From positions 200,324,471-200,388,470 of the forward strand of contig NC_072852.1 in assembly GCF_028858705.1 (NCBI RefSeq): a stretch of DNA of 64,000 nt, read 5' to 3'. The stretch's first letter is position 1; each line of letters starts with the position of its first letter. A program made the position numbers and the translations under genes. Shown in pieces: positions 1-12,078 of this stretch. A model generated the notes under the pieces. That model searched no databases and was not told the DNA's origin. It saw nothing but the letters and a program-made list of their open reading frames with translations. This DNA comes from Grus americana (taxonomy: Eukaryota).

Positions 1-2504
1 GATTCTGTCTGGTGGTACAGGGTTATGCCATTTCAAATGCAGGACTTCAGTTAGCTGCAGTTACTGTTACACCCTTGTAACTCAGGTACAAAATGAGTTA
101 GAAGTCTTTTTTTATTATCAATTGAGAAAGCTGGATAGAATAAAGTCTAATGCAAATGTAAGACTATTTGGCTGTTGAATGGCTGTACATCCAGTACATG
201 CAGACTGATACAAAAATGCAGCTTAAGTGAAGACAGGAAATTGATCATCATACTAAAGATACATACAAAGCCTTACACTCACCTGTCAACATTATTTTAC
301 TCAACAGCGTTATTTCTCTCCTCTGTATCGCTTACAAATAACAGAATACTTCCAAGCATTTTTATACTGCTGTAGCTTCTATGAGAACTAGTGATGGGTT
401 GGAACGAACTCCTATGGAAAGCGGTATCGCCATGTCATTAAAAAGCAGTTAAGGTTACCCATCTCTACTGTGGAACATCACGATTTGCACTGGAGCCTGT
501 TGTTTTAGTATAACTGTAGTGCAGTATGAAAGGCTTTCTAGATACAGATTTTCCAAACTTTTATTGCTTGTTCTCCTAAGTAGGACATGTTAGTATTTCA
601 TTTATCAGCAGGTCTGACTCCTCAGCCCAGTCCTAACACAGGAGTGCCGTCTCTCATGCTACCACTACTATCAGCTCCAGCAACATCAGGACTGTGAATG
701 AAAATAGCTTCTCTGTGCGGTGCTCTCCAGCTCCTCCGCTTCTGCAACTGTGACACAGGAACACACTGACTGGTCTGATGCTGTGCTAGACAGTGGCCGA
801 CTTGGTGTATCTGCTTGGACTTTGTATCAGACTTGGGAATCTGCAACCTGGGAACTACTAGTCTAAAGCAGACTACATAAAATGTGCTCCACTGAATGTA
901 ACACACAGCTTTTCCCAGCCATTTCAGAAGTTAGGGCTGGGTGCGAGTATCTGTCTTGCCCTGTATTTCTGAAGCACAGGAGGATGGCCCCCATTGAAGA
1001 GCCATGGAAAGGTGGCCTGATGCAATTGAAGCCCATGCTACAAAGCTATAACCAACACATGCTGGCTAAGGCACATGCATACAGTACAGCTAACTGCGCT
1101 GACCCAGCCTGGAAACCTCAAGTGCATACAGCTCAGAACCTGCTGCAGAATGGGCTGCTTGGAGGAGGGTGATAGACAGAGAGGGCATAACACACCTTCT
1201 TACCAGCACATGCCAATGACATTTTTAAAAGATAGTACTTGATGTACTCTAGTACTCTTTAGAAGCGTGTGGAATGGTATGACTCCCCTCCAGTATACAG
1301 ATTTTAGATTCCATTGCTGGGGGAGTGGGGGCAGGGGGGGAAGGGAGGGAGAAGAAAAAAAGGTGTCCTCTTGTTTTCAAGCCTAACTTATTATTTTGAC
1401 CAACACTTCATATAGGCAAAATGATAAATACTGTCTTACCTCGAGAGCATAACATTCTTAAGCCATCAAGATATTTCAGCCAAAATACAACTTAATCATG
1501 ATAGCATCACAAATATATAAAAAATTCTTTATCTGAAGGTTCTCCAACCTAAGGGTTTCAAAACCCTGATGTTCTGCACTAAACAGACAGAATTCTATAC
1601 TGTCATGTCCCTGACTGAAGCCTAAAACAAACCCCACAGATTAAACAATTTTTAGACACAATAATAATAAAAAAGCTGTGTTAATTATTTTTTGCATTTG
1701 AAATTTAGGGTATTTTAGAAGAACTTAAACCAGTCTAGACTGCTTTCAAAGATAAGATATGATATTTCAGTCTAAACAAAGCAAAGATCACTACAGCTAG
1801 TTACTTTAATTGGAACAAGCTTCTCAGTTTAAGAGATCTTCAGACATTTTATAAGCCAGTAGACACGGTCTCTCTAAACACACCTTGAAACCACCTCCAA
1901 GTTCTCCATTATATTCGATCCTGCCCATTTATGCACTCAAACACTTTACAACAAAACACTACTGCAGTTCAGCCATAACAGCAAAGAGTAGTCTGACAAT
2001 GCAGACAATAAAAAAAAACTTAATAAAGATACTCCAGATTTAGTCTCTTTAGTCAAAGCTGTAAGATACAAAAAGCTCGCTTGCAAAATTACACACAACG
2101 TATTTTAAATTACGATTATAACGGAACTGTTATTTTCGCGTGGTTCTTGCTCAAGTGTGGAAGAATCGTGCAGGGAAATCTGCCTGAGCAGCAGCCTCTG
2201 CCTCTGCAGCCTTACAGCCTGCGCGGGAAGAGCACGAGACGACCCAGCGCACTCGGGCCCACCCCGCTGCCAGCGCATGGTTAACACCCGCTCCCGACTC
2301 CCAGGCTGCCGTGCACCTCCTCGGGGAGCAGGGGCGAAACCCGACCTCAGGGCAGCCGTCGGCCCCAGTCTGGGGGCGGCCGGGCTGTCAGCCAGCCCGG
2401 CCACCACACGGCGCGGCAGCCTCCCTGAGGGACTCGCAACCACCGCGCCGCCCAGGGGTTCCGCCGCACCCCCAGGAGACCGGCTGGGGGCGCCGGGCTG
2501 ACAG

Positions 2505-2520
2505 GCGGCGGCGGCGGCGC
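2505..2520. repeat. MPHOSPH8: (GGC)5 trinucleotide repeat in MPHOSPH8 intron 1, adjacent to the exon 1 donor. It lies within a GC-rich, triplet-repeat-prone block (2500-2760) that also includes (GCC)n at about 2718-2735.
   Basis: Direct observation. The coding exon 1 (poly-Ala/Glu tracts) is also built from GCC/GAG/GGC-type triplets. Confidence 0.8.
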
Positions 2521-2531
2521 CGTGCACTCAC

Positions 2532-2765
2532 CCCCTCGGTCTTCACGTCGAGGATCTTCTCCACCTCGAAGACGTCCTCCTCCTCCTCGCTCTCACCACC
2601 GCCGCCGCCTGCCGTCGCAGCGCTCGCCGCCTTATCAGCCCCGCCACCGTCTTCCTCCACATCCTCCTCATCCTCCGCCGCAGCCGCCGTCTCCTCCTCT
2701 TCCTCCGCCCCCTCCAGCCTAGCCGCCGCCGCCGCCTCAGCCCCGCTCCCAGCCGCCGCCGCCAT
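2532..2765 (-). CDS. MPHOSPH8: MPHOSPH8 (M-phase phosphoprotein 8) coding exon 1. ATG at 2765. It encodes an Ala/Glu/Gly-rich N-terminus followed by the chromodomain start ...EEDVFEVEKILDVKTEG, then the donor gtgagt.
   Basis: Minus-strand translation MAAAAGSGAE...EEEDVFEVEKILDVKTEG matches the human MPP8 N-terminal chromodomain motif EDVFEVEKILDMKTEGGKVLYKVRWKGY. The exon ends exactly at a GTGAGT donor (intron starts at 2531). An in-frame ATG sits at 2763-2765 inside a CpG island. Confidence 0.8.
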
Positions 2766-3300
2766 TTTGGGCTGAATTTCAAACGACAACGGCGAAAAGC
2801 GGCTGCGACATCCACCGCCGGGCGAGGAGGGAGCGAGGCGGCGGCCGCAGCCAATCGGCGCCCCGCCAACCCATGACGCACAGGGGCGGGGCCCCGAGCC
2901 CGGAGGCCTTCGTGCCCTCAGCGCGGCGGTGAGCGGCAGCCAATGGGTGCGGGCAGCACCGGGAGGCCTCGACAGGGTCCGGAGGGGCTCGGCTTCGTGC
3001 CGGGCCGCGCTGTGAAGGCGGCAGCTCCGCTCGCCCTGGGGCGGGCTGCCCTCCAGCCCTATGCCCGCCACAGAGCCGGCAGCGAGGAGTCCGGTGCCGT
3101 CACGCTCCGGCCGCCCGCCGGTGTTGACCGTCGCGACCCCCGGTCTTGGCGAGGGGCGAGCGCCGGGTGAGCCCCGGAGCTGCCTGTCTGCCCGCTGGCC
3201 CGGGGATCTCTTCCTCGAAATCGAATTTTCCTGGGGAAATGCACCAGAAGGTTGTACCCGGAAACCTCAGGAGACGTCCTGCTGGGGAACAGGGGTTCTC
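2766..3300 (-). promoter_or_regulatory. MPHOSPH8: MPHOSPH8 CpG-island promoter and 5'UTR region. The island spans about 2090-3300. CCAAT boxes lie near 2848-2858 and 2937-2946, and a GC box GGGGCGGGGCC near 2884-2894.
   Basis: Very high GC and CpG density relative to the flanks. The CCAAT (gcagccaatcggcg; cagccaatgggtg) and Sp1-like GC-box motifs lie immediately upstream (minus-strand sense) of the start codon. Confidence 0.6.
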
Positions 3301-4893
3301 ACTAGGAAAAGGAGTCCTTTTACATTTCATAGTGTTTTGCATGCTAAAATAAGTGCCTATAGGCAAGCACAGTTTTTTTTTTTAACGTAACGTGCAGGAG
3401 GAAAAAAGACAATCCTCTAAGAAAAAGCAAATAAACCGCACCCTATTTGCGTACTGAACTGCCTTTGCTAGGGCGTTAATATATTGTATCTCAGAAACAG
3501 TTCCTTAAAGGACACGCATAACTCAAATGAAACTCAGGCTTTAGTGTGAATGTATACTTTTCGTACATACCCAACAGTGAAAACACCAAAGTATTTGAAT
3601 AATTAACTGCAGCGAAGGAAAAAAATATTTTTTTTTTATTCGTATTTTTGCCAGTGCTTACTTTCTAAGGTAACTAGTAATGCAGCAATTGACCATAAAA
3701 AGACTTCAGAGCAGGTTTAGAAGCTAGTTTATAATTGTCTACATTAAAGAGTCTGTGTAGTTCTTAGGAAACCTGTATCCTAGCTCTTCTCAAATAGAAA
3801 GTGTAGTACAAACCTTTCCTTTGTATTATTTACTAAAAAGAGCCAGTATCTTACACACATGAAAACAAGGACTCAGAGCACCTGAGAAACGGAAAGACCT
3901 CAGGCTATCCCTCTTAGAACCTCCTCTACAAGATAACTGTATCTACTCCATCCTTGGCAGATGTTCGCTTAAATTCTCAGGAAAACATCTATGAAAGACA
4001 TTCCACAATTTTCCTTAGTAACCTCTTACACCAGTCCTCTAGTACTGCTAGGGAGCACTCTCCATTTGTTTGGGCAGCGTAACACATTACCTGTGGTGAC
4101 TCTGGAATCTCGTGCTTCCGAGTATTTTCAGTGGTTGGACAAATACGCATAGAGTATGCTCGGTACACACTTCATTCCGCCTTGGTGCAAGCAATAGTAC
4201 TAAGTCTCTAACTACATTTCCTCAGATGACAAAGTACTAAAGTGCGATTCAGTGAAGCTCCTTAATTTAGAGAAGGTAATGCGTTCATTCAAACATCTGT
4301 GAAAAGCCCCTTAAAATAAATAACTTTTAGTCTGATTTTGTTATTAGGCTTCAGTGTTTGGCCCGGTATAAAATAAAACTAATCAGTTAGGGTATTTTGT
4401 CAGAATAAAATCAGAATACAGAGTAACAGTAGTAAAAAAAAAAAAAAAAGAAAAAAGAGAACTCATTGCTCTTAACAAAACTGACCTATTTGTATTGCCA
4501 AATTGACCTATGACAGATAAGAAAAAGCAGTGCAGGAGAAAAATAACTGTTCTGCTGTTCACATTTCAAGACATGCTGTAGGAATTACAACACCAATTGA
4601 AAACACTGATATGAAGATATTTATTAGTTCTTTGTTTATCACATTCTTGTATCTGTCAGAATATCTCATGCCATATTGAACTCAATTACTACAATACGCT
4701 TTCTTTACTGTGCCATTAAAGAAGTACGTAAGATTTTAGGATAAATCAAAACAAAGATATTATAAAAGACCTTTTACAATGTGCAATGAACCAAAGAGGT
4801 TAATGTAAAGAATTGAAATATTAAGGTACAGAGTTACAGGTAAGTAAAATATTACATATATGAAAAATCAAGACTTACTAACTGTAAGACCCT

Positions 4894-4899
4894 TTATTT
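4894..4899 (-). other. PARP4: Candidate PARP4 polyadenylation signal (AATAAA on the minus strand), about 165 nt after the stop codon. An alternative signal lies at about 4620-4625.
   Basis: Plus-strand TTTATT at 4894-4899 is the first canonical hexamer downstream of the PARP4 stop (5063-5065) in the sense orientation. Confidence 0.35.
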
Positions 4900-5062
4900 C
4901 CATACCTTTAAGTGTGTGACTATGAGAATTATTAGTCAGTGATAATATAAGATCAAATGTCCTCAATTTAAATGTTTTATGTAAAACTGCGAGGAAAGCT
5001 AACTCTGCTATTATCTTAAAGAATGATGTGATTAAATATTTTAAGTAGAAAGAGAACTGATG

Positions 5063-5213
5063 TTAGGTAAACTTGATACCCAATATCTTCTTGGTGGCAG
5101 AGTCCCAGTCTTTCCCAAGTTCAAGTCGATAGCAAATAGATGGAAATCGCCTCTCAACTCTTCTTACCCACTCTATTGCTTTCTTGATCAACTCAAAAGC
5201 CCAGTGAACACCA
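5063..5213 (-). CDS. PARP4: PARP4 last coding exon: ...(S)GVHWAFELIKKAIEWVRRVERRFPSICYRLELGKDWDSATKKILGIKFT*, stop TAA at 5063-5065.
   Basis: Matches human ...IPWAFEAIKQASEWVRRTEGQYPSICPRLELGNDWDSATKQLLGLQPIS. The acceptor cacacag lies before 5213. Confidence 0.7.
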
Positions 5214-7567
5214 CTGTGTGTAGAAATGAAGTTTTATTATAATAAAATCTTGTAAATCCACCAAAAGAGCAAGAAGAAAGTAATTTCTTCTAATGATTAT
5301 TATTTGAAAGAGAAAATTTTCTATATTATGGTAATCCATCCTGTATAAAATATCACCTGATGCAGAAAACATCATTATCTGAGCCACCCTATCTTTTTAG
5401 AATCTTCCACATGGGAAGTATGTAGACTTATCATTACTTGCATTTATTTGCACTATTCCAATCACTATGCATTTCATAAAGACAAACTTGACTCCTCCTT
5501 TGTACAATCATATGTTAGAATTTCTTTCATCAAGCAGTCAATGCAATTTTATTTGTATTCTTGTCTAGAGTAGCCAAAATTATACAACCAATTTTTCCCT
5601 CTGTCAAGGAGTTTCAAAAGAGGGAGTAAGATTTCCAGGGAGCTCTGACTGTTTCTTTATCCTGTTCCTACATGCTCTGTAAAGTATGAAGTGTGTAAAG
5701 CTTCCCATTTTGGCACAAGGAGTCTGTTGGTGGCTGGGGCAATCCAGGTTCACTGGAGGCCTATTCCTTCCTGCTTCTTTGTGTTTCCTGTATACAAAAA
5801 AACTTGGCAACTGATAATTGTTCACTTTGCCCCCAAAGAAAGGGAATTTCCAGACACAGGGACCCTATATTCAAAAAATAATAGAGCACCAGGACATACA
5901 GAAGAGTGCGGGGTTCAGAATGAGCCGGCACCAGCATTCCTCGCAGCTGAAGGAAAGGGTGGAAATTGTGCTGTGAAGAATCATCTGCTCTAATAATATC
6001 AAAACTCTTGTCCAGAATATTTTATGGTATACGCTTCTGAAGAAAACCAAGCCATAAATATATTCCTAAAAAGAGTGCAGGCCAACAGGCACAAGATAAA
6101 TGAAGGAAAAATCTGATAGAATTTTTTTTTCCTAATTTCTAAAATAAGTGATATTAAACACTGGAAAAGGATGCCCTTAAAGTTGAGGTTGATGAATCTT
6201 CATCCTTAAAGATATTTAAAACTCAGCTGGGCAAGATCCTGAAAAACTTATCCAACATCTGAGTTGGCCCTGCTTTACAGAAGAGATGACTTCCAGAGGT
6301 TATATCCAACCTGAATTATTCAATGATTCTAATAAGTAGTATAAAATATCTTTTACTATTTTCTATAGTCTCAATTTTTGTATCATATTTTGCAAAGTAT
6401 TCCTTCCTCCATCCATCCTCTTAAAAGCAACCACATGCCACCAATCTGATTACTACCTTCCATTCCCTTTTCTACAGCCATATCCTGTAGTATAGTGATT
6501 GACTCTCCAAAATGAAATTAGTCTTCTGTATGTTGAGAAGGTTGACATTACTACATTAAATGATAAGATTTTATTTAAAAGCACACCTTGAATTAGATGA
6601 TTCATCCAGTTTCATCAGTGTTTTGAAAACTATCCCTTTCAATTCCTTTGTGCAGCGTACGAACTGTAGCACAAGAAGAGTAGCAATCAACTTCAGTAGC
6701 ATTTCTTTTCCATTTGGGCCTAAGGAAGAAGAAAAGGCAAGCCGCATTACTATTTAAATTATTTCTTGACAACAGAAAAGGTGCTTTCTGCAAACTACTC
6801 CACATTACTTTAAAACATCAATTGTCCTAATGCTATTTAATTGTTTCATTCACATTAGTGATTTGACAAACATGCTCCTGGCTTTCAAACTTAAACTTGG
6901 TAATGCTTTGTTGGGATTTCTGCAGTTTGTGTTTCCTTGGGTTCTAATCTACTTTGATTTTAATACAAGCTATAGTGGGAAACTTGTAAGATTTTTGTCT
7001 TTTGATGAAGCATTGCACCCTCTAATAATTTAGAAAGAAGGAATTGCCTTTTTTTCCCCCTACGTTTTCTGGTCTGCTGCCAGCAAACAGCACCAATTGA
7101 CAGAATCAAACAGCAGAGTGCGTATAGGCAGAGTGCATACTGAATGCTGCTGCGTGTGTGTCTGTGAATTATATAACGTTATTCATATTATTTGAAATGT
7201 GAAAAGCAGAAGTGGTCTCTGCCTCTCTCCTAGGAGAGGCTTTTTTCCTCTTTTTTTCTTTAGTAGCTATTAATATAGCAGACACAATAATCAAGATAAA
7301 AGAACCTCTGTTGCTACTCCAACTATCTCACATCCTCCACACATTTCTCCAGGAGATGTGCTTAGCAATCAGGACACAACATTGTGAGAGAAGTTGAGAA
7401 AAAAACTGTATTATTAAAATCAGGCACTTTTGAGAACTTTAAGTGAAGAGATCCATTTAAATTCTGAGCATATCTTATTGCGAGTTCCACTATACATATA
7501 GAGTAATAACACATACAGCTAGGAAATATCTGTATGTACTGCTTTTTAATGACAGAAAAATATTTAC

Positions 7568-7670
7568 CAAGTGACTGAATGCCTTTTCTAATAAGGAAAT
7601 TGTTAATTAAATCATCAGCATCAAATTTCAAGATTTTTCCCAACTGTGGACTGAGATTCCAAGAACCATC
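7568..7670 (-). CDS. PARP4: PARP4 C-terminal exon: DGSWNLSPQLGKILKFDADDLINNFLIRKGIQSL(G).
   Basis: Acceptor ttccatag and donor gtaaat. Matches human DGFWKLTPELGLILNLNTNGLHSFLKQKGIQSLGV. Confidence 0.7.
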
Positions 7671-9479
7671 CTATGGAATAAACAAAGATATGGATAAGCC
7701 AAAGATTCAGGACACAAAACGTATTTGGCAAGAAAAAAAAAACAAAACATAGAATTACTTTAATTTTTTAAAAAAGCTTATACAAACACCTGAAATCCAC
7801 ATAATGAATTTAGGTGATTCAAATATTAAACTTCAAAAACCTTTGATATACATCAAACGTCCATAATTGACCTGGGATGTTGTAGTTAGCCTACCTTGTA
7901 AAAAACCCTTAAACATTAACAACAAAGTAATTTCGAAATCACTCCCATATAAAGTATGCACAATGACAACACTAGCCTTTTCAAATTTATTTCAAACAAA
8001 TTCCTTCTGAAAATTGTTTTTAAAGGTGCTAAAAAAATAAGCATTCCTTTTACTCAAAAGAAACAATAAAGGATCCCTGTCCTCTGCTGAGAATGAAGTC
8101 TCTATAAAATTAAGTTTACTCTATACATTATTAAATGCACTATTAACAAAACCAATCCTATTTTATCTGACTTTTCCTGCCAAAAATTAGACAACTCTCA
8201 TAATTAAAATTATCTGCCAAATGGTTTGCTAACCTCAGGTTAGATGGAAGAGAAGCTTTCAACAGGATGTTCACGTACTTACTCTTCAATATTTAATACT
8301 TTTGAAACTTTACTTGTCCTTGCAGCTTTATGTCTTAGAAAACTATAACCGTAGATACAAATTTATAACCATTTAAGGTAATTTAGAAGATAATACATGA
8401 TTTAAAAGGGATGTTTAGATAGTAATTATCCAAATTATGTAAAAAGTGAAAATCTATAGAATATTTAGTTTAATTAGTGTAAAAAACCATGAGAAATTTT
8501 CTTTTTAAAATTCAGCAATTGGAAGTTCCGCTGAAAAAGAACTCTTGGGCTGCAGTTCAGGAGTTAATTCCCACAAGAGTCAATCACAAGTCCACTACTC
8601 TAATTCCCATGGTATCCATGTGGCATGTGGTAATGGTTCAATGTTTAGAAATAATTTGATAAAAGTGTCCTGTCAGAAATATAGGAAAAATATGTATCTC
8701 TTCTTAATGCTGAGGTTGGCTATACAACTTTCACATACAACCTTCATACATAAAATAAAATTAATTACACACAGAAAGAAGCAGTGCTTTCAACAAATAG
8801 CAAGAAAGTGTGATGAGGATGCAAATACTAGGTGGACTCTGCTGCACAAAGGAACATGAAGCTGGGGCACCTGGAAGACTTACTGAATCTAGTGTACAGG
8901 ATGTACTCCTAGCAAAAGGGAATTCAACGTACCCTCAATGGGCCAATCTCTGCCAAAAAATGACAGGAGTCTCCACTGAGGGCATCCCACGGTGGCTTCT
9001 TCGCTTGGATCATGTAAAACTCTTGAAAATGTCCTTCTGTTTATTGCTTAGAGATATTGACTGTGCAAGCCACTACCTGATTGTTGATCATGACCTCACC
9101 CCTTAAGTTGGCAGGGTCACCAAACTGGCAATAGGTTATGCAGGACAGGGACTTCTCCTACCATGAGGGACATAGCAAACGCAACAAAACTAAACATTAC
9201 CTGCTCTGACTCCTACCTGCAAGATTCTTGGCTAGTACAATTTCCTTCAGTTTCCCTAGCAATTGGTCTGAGTGTCCAGGGGAAGTTCCTGCTGCAACAT
9301 CTCTCAGTCCAATCCTCTAAAACCCAAATAGTTTTCATTTTCTTGCATAATGGGCATTATTTGCATCCACTTCTTCCACTTACCTTCCACTCTACGTTTT
9401 ATATTTGTCCCAGGAAGCCCCCAAGCTGCAAACTGATGGAGGCTGTAAAAAGGTGCTGGAGGTGTATTACTTACTACCT

Positions 9480-11810
9480 GTCAGCCCTCATTTTATACTG
9501 TTCCTTACATACCCATTGCTGAGTTGCCCGTGAAAGCAATAAAACATAGCATGACTAATGTCAGCACGTACTTGTAAAATCTGTTTATAAACATTTTATA
9601 AATGTATTTTACTTTATCTCAGGACAGGATTAAAGTAAAAATATTTTTTCCTTCTACCTATATTTTAAGTAATGCACAAACAGACTATGGGTACTGTACC
9701 TGATTTTGGAGTGCAAAAATTTCTTTCCAGTCTACAGAAGACAACGAAATTCTCTGTTGAATCCTTTCTTTTTCTGTTGTCATAAAACATCTTGATTGTT
9801 CCTGGAGAGAATAATGTTCACTAAGAATCTTATGACCATTACCCATGCAGCTACTACATCATGATACAAAATAATTACATTTAAAAGCTTAAAAAACACT
9901 CCTCTTTTTAAACAGAAACCTCTTTTTCTGGTTGAAAAAGTTTCATTCTCTCTCATTTAGGAAAGGATTTGCACAAACATCAGCTACAGCTGGACAAAGT
10001 TCCTGTTTACAAAATTACATGGAGTGAAATAATTCAGAGTTAGTGAGACTTTTTTTCTCTTTTTAATCAAAACTGTATGTCTTCTTGTATTATGCACATT
10101 ATCATTATACTGTCATTTGTATGTTCAAAATAAAACATTATTGTTTAAAAGAAAAATTTCTTAGCCTGTACCTTGAACCGGGCAAATCCAGAGTAAAATT
10201 TGACTCTGGAAACGTTATCACCACTTGTTGGCTCTGATTTTTATACTGTTTCTTAAGCATGATGGATTGCCCATGAAAGGAACAAAAAATAGCATGACTT
10301 TGATGTCACCATGCTCTTTATAAAATCAGTTTATAAAGCAAAGAAAGCAAAATCATTTACAAAATGTTTATCTCAGGGCAAGGCTGAAGATAATTTTTCC
10401 TTCTACTCATATCTTACTTTTAGGTATTGCATGAATAGAGGATGGGTACTGCACCTGATTTTGGAGCTCAGGAATTTCATTCCTATTTACCGAACTGAAT
10501 GGGTGTCTTTCCTGAATCCTCTGTGTTGACATAAAACACAAAGATTGTTCCTGAACAGAGCAGTGTTCATTAAGAATCTTATTGTACCACCCATATAGCT
10601 ACTACTTCATGATACAAAGTAATGCCATTGTAAAGTCGCCTTAAAGTAGTAAGGAACAAGTGACAGAATTCAGAGTATAAGATTTATCACTTTGAAAAAG
10701 CATAACTAAAACCCAAACAATCAAAAGGAATGCTTTCTGCATTTCAGGTTCAGATTTCTTGAGTTGGAGAGCAGCCTTATTACCAGCCTTGCCATGTTCT
10801 TCTTTGGCTGTGCATCCATGAACCTTTAAACGCAAATGTTAAAGGCAGCTTTCATTAGCTGAATGCAGCTTGGATTTCAACATGACATATAGCATCCTAT
10901 ATATAAAAGACTACTGATGGAAGACTTACCACAGCCTTAAACTCCTTACTAAATCCCTCTTCAGGAGCCATAACATCACACTGACGTGCTATCTTTGCGT
11001 TACACCTTAACTGTTGCAATGCAACACGAGGTTTCGGAGTAACTTGTTTTTCAACATTATTCTTTTCAGAATTTGTGCATGTGGCAGGTGAACTAAGCAA
11101 TACTAAACCCTGCATTGCAGCAACAGAAGAAGAATCAACATGTTTCCTGTCTCCTACCGGTATTTGAAAAAGACAGGCAGGAGGAGGGATAGGAGGAGGA
11201 GCATGTTCAGGAATGTCCACACAAACATCTGATTTTTCAAGTGCAGGTGTCTGAAGTGATTTTTGTTGAGTCAGATCAATTCCTCCTACTGGCTTAAAAG
11301 GTTTAAAACCAAATGACGAGAAAGGTTCAGCAACATTTGGCAGATGAAAGTCATATAGTGAAGGTGACTGTGTTCCAGATGGTCTCTTCATTGGGATACT
11401 ACTATGAAAACAGAAATTTGATTTGAGATTGCAGACATTACGTTTAAGTTCAGAAGCATTCGCAAAGCCCTTTGCCATGTTTTTTGGTGAGATGCTCTTT
11501 TGAGTAATAGGAACTTCTTTGGATTGAAATTGGAAGCTTTCAGGTTCAACTTCCTCACTTAGGACATCCGCTGAACAAAAATCAGCTACTGATGGGGAAG
11601 ATCCCTGTTTAGGAAACAAAATAATTCCAGAATTAGTAAGATACTTTTCTCTTTTTAATCAAAATGGTATTTCTTCTTATATTGTATGCAGTATCATTAT
11701 ACTGTCATTCGTACGTTCAAAATGAAAGTAATGTATCAGTTAAGTTAAAATTTTCTTACCCTGTTCTACCTTACACTGAGCAAATTCAAAGGAAAATGTG
11801 ACTGTGACAA
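9480..11810 (-). repeat. PARP4: Local tandem duplication inside PARP4. Unit B (about 10240-11810) contains the large proline-rich exon. Unit A (about 9480-10230, immediately downstream in PARP4 sense) is a diverged copy that has lost about 900 bp including most of the exon. It keeps the acceptor and about 57 bp of exon-homologous sequence (at about 9945-10010).
   Basis: Direct alignment by eye. 9495-9885 matches 10240-10635; 10030-10220 matches 11625-11810. In A, 9940-10050 (catttaggaaaggatttgcacaaacatcagctacagctgg...) is homologous to the 5' end of the exon in B (cacttaggacatccgctgaacaaaaatcagctactgatgg...). Confidence 0.75.
10930..11604 (-). CDS. PARP4: PARP4 large exon (675 nt, 225 codons): GSSPSVADFCSADVLSEEVEPESF...EHAPPPIPPPACLFQIP...EGFSKEFKAVV. 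This is the proline-rich, low-complexity central/C-terminal region.
   Basis: Open frame of 225 codons in AT-rich DNA. It is bounded by the acceptor tttcctaaacag and the donor gtaagt and is phase 0-0. Its position and composition correspond to the large proline-rich exon of human PARP4. Confidence 0.75.
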
Positions 11811-11978
11811 AATATGACCAGAGAGGTATTTGACACTATTAAACCAAAAATTATTAACATAATGATGATTATGAGCCAAGAAAGTTCCACAGTACAATAC
11901 TGTTGTAGAAACACAGAAGATAGATCTACACAAAGTGAAGCATGGATCCTGCTTGTGCTGCAGTTCTGGCACACGTAC

Positions 11979-12078
11979 CAGCTGAGGTCCAGTAGCTGCT
12001 GCATGCAAGCTAGTGAGCCTGGGCTATACTGCCACCCTCCACCAATGTAGATGTTTGGTATTCTTCCGTCTAGGAATT
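11979..12078 (-). CDS. PARP4: PARP4 exon: ...EFLDGRIPNIYIGGGWQYSPGSLACMQQLLDLS(W). The 5' boundary is uncertain (12078 or 12069).
   Basis: LLDLSW matches human ...GGVEKLLDLSWTES. The donor gtacgt follows AGC TG. Both candidate acceptors are phase 1, which implies an undetected exon between 12078 and 12968. Confidence 0.5.

Noticed and set aside
2105-3390. Multiple long overlapping ORFs on both strands (for example 2105-2527 minus, 2311-2775 plus, 2543-2881 minus, 3061-3390 plus).
   Set aside because: They lie within a CpG island where GC richness suppresses stop codons. Their proteins are low-complexity (poly-R/P/A) with no recognisable domains. Only the minus-frame segment 2532-2765 is supported, by a chromodomain match and a precise GTGAGT donor.
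10470-10500. Possible extra micro-exon inside duplication unit B (acceptor ttttatgtcaacacag, donor gtaaatagg; peptide (E)DSGKTPIQF(G) tentatively resembling human PARP4 EEDEIVCIQH).
   Set aside because: Too short and too weakly similar to assert. The corresponding position in unit A is not open. It is left unresolved rather than called.
10897-11619. Track ORF boundaries (M at 11619, C-terminal SLPSVVFYI) taken as the protein ends.
   Set aside because: The start is a TTG from the bacterial-style ORF caller, and the tail reads through the GTAAGT donor into the intron. True exon limits are 10930-11604.
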